DNA of 64,000 bases from Nitrospiraceae bacterium (GTDB taxonomy: Bacteria > Nitrospirota > Nitrospiria > Nitrospirales > Nitrospiraceae): assembly GCA_050246315.1 (NCBI GenBank), contig JBFWWG010000001.1:625128-689127 (forward strand), read 5' to 3'. A program made the position numbers and the translations under genes. Below the pieces are notes generated by a model. The model was given only the letters and a program-made list of their open reading frames with translations, made no database searches and had not been told where the DNA came from. How positions within the stretch are numbered: the first letter of the stretch is position 1; each line of letters opens with the position of its first letter. Positions 57,201-64,000 of this stretch are shown one piece after another.

Positions 57201-57389
57201 ATGAATCTGAACGAATGGTTGCGTCTGATTGCGGGCGCATTCGTGCTGTTGGCGATTGTGCTGGGAGCGACGGCGCATCCCTACTGGAATTATTTCGCCG
57301 TGTTTGTGGCGGCCAATCTGATCCAGTCTGCCTTCACCGGCTGGTGCCCGATGATGGCCCTCTTGCGGAAGTTGGGTGTGCAGGAGTAG
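57201..57389 (+). CDS. DUF2892 (YgaP-like) two-TM protein
   Basis: RBS GGAGG; LRLIAG...FVAANLIQSAFTGWCPM. Confidence 0.85.
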   Translation: MNLNEWLRLIAGAFVLLAIVLGATAHPYWNYFAVFVAANLIQSAFTGWCPMMALLRKLGVQE

Positions 57390-57559
57390 AGGGACGCCGA
57401 GTTCAACCGAAGCTTGGTAGAGAAAGAGAAGGCAAGTCTTTCAAGTTTGGTATGAAGGCGAGAGGAATCACTGAAGGCGTTGTTCCGGCGGCGTCGATGC
57501 AGAGGGGCTTCGCCCAATGAGCCGCCGGCTCAAGCGAAGCTTGATATGGAGGGGAGCCC

Positions 57560-58957
57560 ATGGTTCCACATCGAACGGCGACATCTACGGCCTGGTTGCG
57601 AAGGAGACGTGCGCGCATCCTCTGTCTTGGTGGTGCTCTCGTATGGATCGGCGTGCTCGCTCTCGTCACGCAGGAAGCCGAGGCGCAGGCTGTTCGCACC
57701 GTGACGTTGGAAGAGGCGCTCGACCTGGCGTCGCAGCGCAGCCCCGTGCTGCGGGCTTCTCGGCAGGAGCTGCACTCCGCAGAGGCCCAGCAAGAGATTG
57801 CGAAATCGGCTTATCTTCCGAAGCTGGACGCGATCGAAGCCTGGACCAATACCAATAATCCGGCTCAAGCCTTTGCCATCCAGCTCAACCAGGGCCGGTT
57901 CACCCAAGCGGGATTCGACATCAATACGCTCAACCGTCCCGGGTCGATTGAGAACTACCGATCGGCGCTGAACCTCGTCCAGCCCATTTATAACGGTGGA
58001 CGCGAACAACTCGGCGTCAAGATTGCCGAGTTGGGGCAGCAGGCCTCCACCGAAGGGCACGAACACACCAAACAACGCGTGGTCTTTGCCGTCACCAAGG
58101 GCTATTACGACCTCGCGCTCGCGAAAGCGGTTCGGAAGGTGGCGGCGGATGCGGTGCAGATTGCGGAGGCCAACGCCAGGCAGATCGCCGCGCGGTACAT
58201 GAGCGGGGCCACGGTGAAGTCCGATCTTTTGCAGGCGGATGTCCGTCTGGCAGGGCTGCGGGAAGAGTCCATCCGCGCGGAGCATGTCCTCCACATCACC
58301 GCGATTGCCTTGCAGCACGCCATCGGGCTGGATGAGGCCGTCGATACGGCCGACAGCCTGTCCCAAGGCACGGCCGCCCAGCCAAGATTGGAGGCGGTCT
58401 TGGCGCGCGCGCTCGAGTCCAGGCCGGACTATCGCATGATGGCCGCGGAGCTGCGCAAGGCGCAGATGACCACCAAGTTCAGCAAATCGTCGTATCTCCC
58501 CAATCTGAATCTTCAGGGTAGCTTTGAGAACAACAGCACCTTCCCCCTGGGACCGAACGGTCAGAGCAACTACGGAGCCTTCGGCATGTTCAGCGTGAAC
58601 CTCTTCAACGGGCTCAGCGATGCCGCGCATGTTCGCAAGGCGCGGGCGCAAGAAGAAATGGCGCGCGAGCAGTTGGAAGCGAAGCGTCGCGAAATCGAGG
58701 TGGAGGTTGTCGAAGCCTATTACGGTGTCGCAGCGGCCAAGGAGCGGATCGGTGTGAGTGAAAGCGCCGAGGCTCAGGCCGAGGAAAATCTGCGTATTAT
58801 CGGCAACCGGTATCAATCCGGAATCGCGCCGGTTTTGGATCTCCTGACGGCCGAGCTTGTCCTCAATCAGACCAAGCAGAACCGGCTGCGCTCGCTCTAC
58901 GATCTCAAGGTCGGGCAGGCCAGATTGACGCTCGTGAGCGGAGAGGGGCGGAGTTGA
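57560..58957 (+). CDS. TolC-family outer-membrane efflux protein
   Basis: Signal peptide; TLEEAL, SAYLPKL, QPIYNGG, YLPNLNL, RYQSG...LDLL. Confidence 0.9.
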   Translation: MVPHRTATSTAWLRRRRARILCLGGALVWIGVLALVTQEAEAQAVRTVTLEEALDLASQRSPVLRASRQELHSAEAQQEIAKSAYLPKLDAIEAWTNTNNPAQAFAIQLNQGRFTQAGFDINTLNRPGSIENYRSALNLVQPIYNGGREQLGVKIAELGQQASTEGHEHTKQRVVFAVTKGYYDLALAKAVRKVAADAVQIAEANARQIAARYMSGATVKSDLLQADVRLAGLREESIRAEHVLHITAIALQHAIGLDEAVDTADSLSQGTAAQPRLEAVLARALESRPDYRMMAAELRKAQMTTKFSKSSYLPNLNLQGSFENNSTFPLGPNGQSNYGAFGMFSVNLFNGLSDAAHVRKARAQEEMAREQLEAKRREIEVEVVEAYYGVAAAKERIGVSESAEAQAEENLRIIGNRYQSGIAPVLDLLTAELVLNQTKQNRLRSLYDLKVGQARLTLVSGEGRS

Positions 58958-59035
58958 GCGATACGGCACGGCTAGGCTTGTCACAGCGGCGTATGCGCAG
59001 TCGCAGGAGAATCGTTCATGAATAATGCGGGATAG
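58956..59035 (+). repeat. Right-end fragment of family A element
   Basis: GGCTTGTCACAGCGGCGTAT...GCAGGAGAATCGTTCATGAATAATGCGGGATAG matches the 3' part and right TIR of the 13368 copy. Confidence 0.72.
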
Positions 59036-59160
59036 GTCACTGGTCATCAGCTATTGGGCGAGAAGACCGACATCCTCGCCAATGACTACAGACTGATGAC
59101 CGATGACCTTTCAGCCCGTATTGACGGGTAACGAATGACGCCGAACGTATGACAGATGAT
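59035..59160. repeat. 7-nt-periodic inverted array (family B)
   Basis: GGTCACT GGTCATC AGCTATT GGGCGAG ... CTCGCCAA TGACTAC AGACTGA TGACCGA TGACC. Confidence 0.7.
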
Positions 59161-59208
59161 CTTGCGACGATTGCGACAGAAACTCTCGGCGGGAACAAGT
59201 TGAGCCGG

Positions 59209-60273
59209 ATGACCGAGAAGATCCTGTTGATCCTCTTGTGTGGCGGGCTCGCCGGCTGTGGCCCTCGGGAGGAGCCGGTTCAGCCGGCCGGGACATCCGC
59301 CGCGCGTCCTTCGATCCAAGCCGCGACCATCGAGGTGCGGAGCCTGCCGGTGCCGCTGCGAGTGGAGGTGACGGGACTGGTGGCCTCGGTCACGCAGGCC
59401 ACGCTGTCCGGCCAGATCCAGGCCGCGGTCAAGGATGTGCGTGTGCGCGAAGGATCTCCGGTGAAGAAGGGGGAGATCTTAGTCCTGTTGGATGACCGAG
59501 ATCTGCGTGCCGAGTTAACGCGAGCCGAGGCTGAGGCGGACAATGCGAAGGCGCACCTGAAACGGATGAGGGACCTGTTCACGCAGGATTCCGTGGCCCG
59601 ACAAGAGCTGGAAAATGCCGAACGAACGTTCAAGGTGGCGGAGGCCAATCGCGCCGCCGCGCGGACAAGGGTCAGCTACTCGGTTGTGACGGCTCCATTC
59701 GACGGTCTGGTGACGGAGAAATTGATTCATGCCGGAGAGCTGGCTTCGCCGGGACGGCCTTTGCTCAAATTGGAAGATCCGCAGCGGTTGCGCCTGGAAG
59801 TGACGGTGGCCGAGGGCGACCTGAAATCCCTCTCGCGCGACGACCGGGTGCCCGTGACGATCGATGCACTTACCGGTCAATCACTGGCCGGCTCCGTGGC
59901 CCAGATTCTCCCCACCGGCGATCCGGCTACCCATACGGTGCTTGTCAAGATCGACTTGCCTCCAACGTCGGGACTAAAGACCGGCATGTTCGGGCGCATG
60001 CAACTGGACAAGGGGACGGGGCGGACCTTGGTCGTCCCTCGCACAGCGGTGATCGAGCGGAGCGACCTCACGGGCGTCTATGTCGTCGGCTCCGACTCCC
60101 TGGCGCATCTCCGTTGGGTCAAATTGGGACGGCCGGTGGGTGATCAAGTCGAAGTCCTTTCCGGTCTCAACCAGGGAGAGCGTGTGTTGATGCAAGGAAG
60201 GCAAGGCAATGAAGGGGTCCGCGTCGAGGCTGACCAAGCGGTCGCCTCGCCTGCGCCGGAGTCAAGCCCGTGA
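59209..60273 (+). CDS. RND efflux periplasmic adaptor (lipoprotein)
   Basis: Lipobox LAGC; VREGSPVKKGEILVLLD, APFDGLV, LKTGMFGR, VEVLSGL. Confidence 0.9.
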   Translation: MTEKILLILLCGGLAGCGPREEPVQPAGTSAARPSIQAATIEVRSLPVPLRVEVTGLVASVTQATLSGQIQAAVKDVRVREGSPVKKGEILVLLDDRDLRAELTRAEAEADNAKAHLKRMRDLFTQDSVARQELENAERTFKVAEANRAAARTRVSYSVVTAPFDGLVTEKLIHAGELASPGRPLLKLEDPQRLRLEVTVAEGDLKSLSRDDRVPVTIDALTGQSLAGSVAQILPTGDPATHTVLVKIDLPPTSGLKTGMFGRMQLDKGTGRTLVVPRTAVIERSDLTGVYVVGSDSLAHLRWVKLGRPVGDQVEVLSGLNQGERVLMQGRQGNEGVRVEADQAVASPAPESSP

Positions 60274-60319
60274 AACGCCAACCGCCAATTGGCGATCGAG
60301 GAAGAAGGGCGGCGTTCAA

Positions 60320-60495
60320 CGTCAGTTGCCAATCGGATGGAGTTCTGGTCAACCGTCATCCGTCGACCGTCAAACCATAGGGTTCAGAGAGAATGCATCG
60401 TGTCATCTTCAACCAACGGGTGACGCGTGTTGATCGACGAATGATGGCTGACGGTGTTTGGGTTGGGCGTTTGCCGAGTGACAATTGACCCATGA
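60320..60495. repeat. 7-nt-periodic inverted array (family B)
   Basis: GGTCAAC CGTCATC CGTCGAC CGTCAAA ... TGATGGC TGACGG ... TGACAAT TGACCCA TGA. Confidence 0.6.
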
Positions 60496-63400
60496 TCCAA
60501 TCCTCTCGTATCGGTCTTTCTGGGCGGCTGGCCGGCCTGTTCCTCGGGAGCAAACTCACCCCCCTCATCGTGGTCGGGTCGTTGTTGCTGGGCCTGTTCG
60601 CGGTCTTGCTTACCCCGCGCGAGGAAGAGCCGCAGATCATCGTGCCGATGGCCGATGTGTTCCTGCCGTTTCCCGGAGCCTCCTCGCAGATCGTCGAACA
60701 GCAACTGACCAAACCGATCGAGCGCAAGATCTCCGAGATCAAGGGCGTGGAATATGTCTATTCGATGTCGCGACCTGGAGGCGCGCTGATCATCGTCCGA
60801 TTCCATGTCGGCGAGCCGATGGAACAGAGCCTCGTGGACCTCTACGACAAGCTGATGTCCAACCGGGACATCTTCCCGTCCGGCGCCGGCCCGTTTCTGG
60901 TCAAGCCGCGGGACATCAATGACGTCCCGATCGTGACCCTCACGCTGTCAAGCGATCGCTATGCCGACGACGAACTGCGCCGGTTGGCGGAACACGTGTT
61001 GGAAGAGGTCAAGAAGGTGTCGGGAACGTCCGGAGGATTCCTGGTCGGCGGGCGACCCCGCGAGATCCTGATGCAGATTGACCAGGCTCGCATGAAGGCC
61101 TACGGCGTCACGCCGCTGGAGGTGGCCGGGGTGATCCGGGCGGAGAACCTGGCGTTGCCGGCCGGGCGATTCCAGAGCGAGAACCGTGAATATGCCCTGG
61201 AGACCGGCCGGTTCCTGCGCTCCCGAGAGGATGTCGAATCGCTTGTGGTGGGGGCGCGTGACGGCCGGCCGATCTATTTGCGCCAGGTCGCCGACGTGAT
61301 CGACGGGCCCGGGGAAGTCACCCAGTACGTCTGGTTCGGATTGGGCGCTCCCAGTGTCCGTGAAACATCACAGGTGAAACGTGACACGAGCGGGACCTCG
61401 TCCCAGGTCTCGCCGCTCACTGCTCACGAGTCGCCCGCCGTGACCGTCGCGGTGGCTAAACAGCGGGGCGTTAACGCCGTGCAGGTGTCTCGGGAGGTCC
61501 TCCGGGCGGTCGAGGTGATGAAGGGCCGAATCATTCCGACGGACGTTCGGGTGACGGTGACGCGGGACTATGGGGAGACGGCGAACGAGAAGGCCAACGA
61601 GTTGCTGTGGCATCTGCTTATCGCCGTGGTGGCCGTCGTCGTCTTTTTGGGACTCGCCCTGGGGCCGCGCCCGGCGCTGGTCGTTTCGATCGCGATTCCG
61701 TTGACGCTCGCGCTCACGCTCTTCACCTCGATGTTGATCGGCTACACGATCAACCGCGTCACATTGTTCGCGCTGATCTTCTCGATCGGCATTCTGGTGG
61801 ATGACGCCATCGTGGTGGTGGAGAACACCTATCGCCATTTGCAACTCCGCCGTCGTCCTCACCGCGATGCCGCGATCTATGCCGTGGACGAGGTCGGCAA
61901 TCCGACCATCTTGGCCACATTCACGGTCATTGCGGCACTGTTGCCGATGGCCTTTGTGTCGGGCCTCATGGGTCCCTATATGAGACCCATCCCGGTGAAC
62001 GCCTCCATCGCGATGTTTTTCTCCTTGCTCGTGGCTTTCGTGGTGATTCCCTGGTTCTGCCAGGCCTGCTACCGCCCCACGGTCGTCATGTCGGCCCTGG
62101 ATCACGAGGGCGATGCGGACGGCTGGACCTATCGCTTCTATCAGCGCCTCTTCATGCCGCTCCTCCGCCGACCGTTCCTCACCTACGCGCTGCTGGCGAG
62201 CATTGTCGTGTTGCTGCTCGGATCATCCGCGCTGTTCTATACCCGTCATGTGGCGGTCAAGATGTTGCCGTTCGACAACAAGAGCGAACTCCAACTCGTC
62301 ATCGACATGCCGGAAGACACGACCTTGGAAGAAACGGCGCGCGTCGCCAAGTCCTTGACCCAGTTCATCGGTCGGGTGCCGGAGGTGCGGGACTACCAGG
62401 CCTATGTGGGAACCGCCGCTCCGTTCAACTTCAACGGCCTCGTCCGGCATTACTTCCTTCGTGATGGCGCGCATCAGGCGGATATCCAGATCAACCTGCT
62501 GTCGAAAGGCGAGCGGGCAGCCCAAAGCCATGAGATCGCGCAACGGCTGAGACCCGAAGCCCAGCGGATTGGTCGCCAATTCGGCGCCAACGTGAAGATC
62601 GTCGAGGTGCCTCCGGGGCCTCCGGTCCAATCGGTACTGGTGGCGGAAGTGTACGGGCCCGACTATGAGAGGCAGCGAGCCATCGCGAAGGAGGTGCGGG
62701 CGCTCTTCGAGGCGACCCCCGGCGTTGTGGATGTGGATGACCTGATCGGACAGGATCTCGTCAAGTATGTGTTCACGGTGGACCGAGCTAAGGCCGCGCT
62801 GGCCGGGGTTCCGTCGGAGGACATCGTGAAGACGCTGCGCATGTCGATGGAGGGCACCAAGGTCGGCCTGATGCATATTCCGAACGAGAAAAGTCCGGTA
62901 CAGATCGTGTTGCGACTACCGCTGTCCGAACGGACCGGGCTGGAGCATTTCGGCGAGATCGCGCTCCGGCGGGCCGGCGGAGGGATGGTGCCGCTGTCCG
63001 AGCTGCTGCGCTTGGAACAGACGGTCGAGGACAAGACCATCTATCACAAGAATCAGAAGCCCGTCGTCTATGTGGTGGCCGATGTCGGAGGACCCGGCGC
63101 GGAACAGGCGGAGAGCCCGGTCTACGGTGTCTTGGGGGTGGGCGAGAAGCTGTCGCAGTATCGTCCCGCCGAAGGCTACGAGATCGAGCAGTATTACACG
63201 GCCGCTCCCTGGTCCGAGCAGCGGTTCGCGATGAAATGGGACGGCGAATGGCATATCACCTACGAGACGTTCCGCGACATGGGCCTGGCGTTCGCGGTCG
63301 CCATGCTGCTGATCTATTTGCTCATCGTGGGTCAGTTCCAGTCCTTTGTGACGCCGCTGATCATCATGGCGCCGATCCCGCTGACCTTGATCGGCATCGT

Positions 63401-63827
63401 GCCGGGCCACTGGATTACGGGCTCCTATTTCACGGCGACCTCCATGATCGGCTTCATCGCGCTCGCGGGCATCATCGTGCGGAATTCGATCCTGCTGGTG
63501 GACTTCATCGAGCTCCAGGAAGAGGAGGGCCGGTCGCTGGCCGAGGCGGTCATCCGTGCGGGTGCCATCCGCACACGTCCGATCCTGTTGACGGCGGCCG
63601 CGCTCATGGTCGGCGCCTTTGTCATCGTCTTGGACCCGATCTTTCAGGGCCTGGCGGTCTCGTTGCTGTTCGGGGTGGGCGCCTCCACGGTGCTGACGCT
63701 CGTCGTCATCCCTGTGCTCTACTATCTGGTCTACAAGGGCAGGCCCCAGCCGGCCGGACAGCCGGTGCAGGTTGAAGTCCGCGGCGATGAGGCTCAGGCT
63801 GGAATCTTGACCGCGCCGAAACCATAA
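60492..63827 (+). CDS. RND efflux permease (AcrB/CusA superfamily)
   Basis: TPREEEPQI, GILVDDAIVVVEN, GIIVRNSILLVDF, RTRPILLT; 12-TM layout with two periplasmic loops. Confidence 0.93.
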   Translation: MIQSSRIGLSGRLAGLFLGSKLTPLIVVGSLLLGLFAVLLTPREEEPQIIVPMADVFLPFPGASSQIVEQQLTKPIERKISEIKGVEYVYSMSRPGGALIIVRFHVGEPMEQSLVDLYDKLMSNRDIFPSGAGPFLVKPRDINDVPIVTLTLSSDRYADDELRRLAEHVLEEVKKVSGTSGGFLVGGRPREILMQIDQARMKAYGVTPLEVAGVIRAENLALPAGRFQSENREYALETGRFLRSREDVESLVVGARDGRPIYLRQVADVIDGPGEVTQYVWFGLGAPSVRETSQVKRDTSGTSSQVSPLTAHESPAVTVAVAKQRGVNAVQVSREVLRAVEVMKGRIIPTDVRVTVTRDYGETANEKANELLWHLLIAVVAVVVFLGLALGPRPALVVSIAIPLTLALTLFTSMLIGYTINRVTLFALIFSIGILVDDAIVVVENTYRHLQLRRRPHRDAAIYAVDEVGNPTILATFTVIAALLPMAFVSGLMGPYMRPIPVNASIAMFFSLLVAFVVIPWFCQACYRPTVVMSALDHEGDADGWTYRFYQRLFMPLLRRPFLTYALLASIVVLLLGSSALFYTRHVAVKMLPFDNKSELQLVIDMPEDTTLEETARVAKSLTQFIGRVPEVRDYQAYVGTAAPFNFNGLVRHYFLRDGAHQADIQINLLSKGERAAQSHEIAQRLRPEAQRIGRQFGANVKIVEVPPGPPVQSVLVAEVYGPDYERQRAIAKEVRALFEATPGVVDVDDLIGQDLVKYVFTVDRAKAALAGVPSEDIVKTLRMSMEGTKVGLMHIPNEKSPVQIVLRLPLSERTGLEHFGEIALRRAGGGMVPLSELLRLEQTVEDKTIYHKNQKPVVYVVADVGGPGAEQAESPVYGVLGVGEKLSQYRPAEGYEIEQYYTAAPWSEQRFAMKWDGEWHITYETFRDMGLAFAVAMLLIYLLIVGQFQSFVTPLIIMAPIPLTLIGIVPGHWITGSYFTATSMIGFIALAGIIVRNSILLVDFIELQEEEGRSLAEAVIRAGAIRTRPILLTAAALMVGAFVIVLDPIFQGLAVSLLFGVGASTVLTLVVIPVLYYLVYKGRPQPAGQPVQVEVRGDEAQAGILTAPKP

Positions 63828-64000
63828 GAGGAAAGGAAGAGCTTCCGACAGGTTGCGGAAAACGCGATTTGTCTGCTTCGACAGGCTGCTATGTGGATGT
63901 CAAGTGGATGGACACAAGAATCCTCTTTCGGTTGTCAGCTGCGTGTCCTTTCAGGCCAAAGAGAGACTGGCTGCTATGCGTGGCACGGCACACGGCCGTC

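Overview
A GC-rich bacterial chromosomal window. Gene content and repeat style suggest Nitrospira/Nitrospirota, which is an inference. In order it contains: the end of a cobamide operon (cbiB, cobD, cbiZ); a GH140-like glycosidase; an outer-membrane barrel; a PRTase, a USP, two tandem TraT-like lipoproteins and an alpha/beta hydrolase; a five-gene surface-glycosylation cluster; a sigma54 signalling block (two enhancer-binding proteins, a 3-PAS kinase and a receiver); a DsrE/TlpA pair; and a decayed RAYT-type transposase abutting a decapitated WD40 gene. Next comes a ~1650-aa MnxG-order multicopper oxidase heading a copper/iron-themed gene run, followed by a radical SAM pseudogene, hemerythrin/USP/CDGSH genes, YbhGFSR-like and MlaEFD-like ABC systems, VIT, USP, a K+/H+ antiporter, glucan phosphorylase, cytochrome c and a DUF2892-TolC-MFP-RND efflux operon. 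Non-coding signals worth follow-up are: (i) a sigma54 promoter, candidate enhancer sites and a structured 5' leader with a terminator-like hairpin ahead of the multicopper oxidase; (ii) a dispersed, hairpin-rich element with terminal inverted repeats, in five copies, two of which overlap TAG stop codons; (iii) a family of 7-nt-periodic inverted arrays between operon genes, with a related in-frame insert. No rRNA, tRNA or CRISPR array was seen. All family calls are from motif recognition, not database searches.
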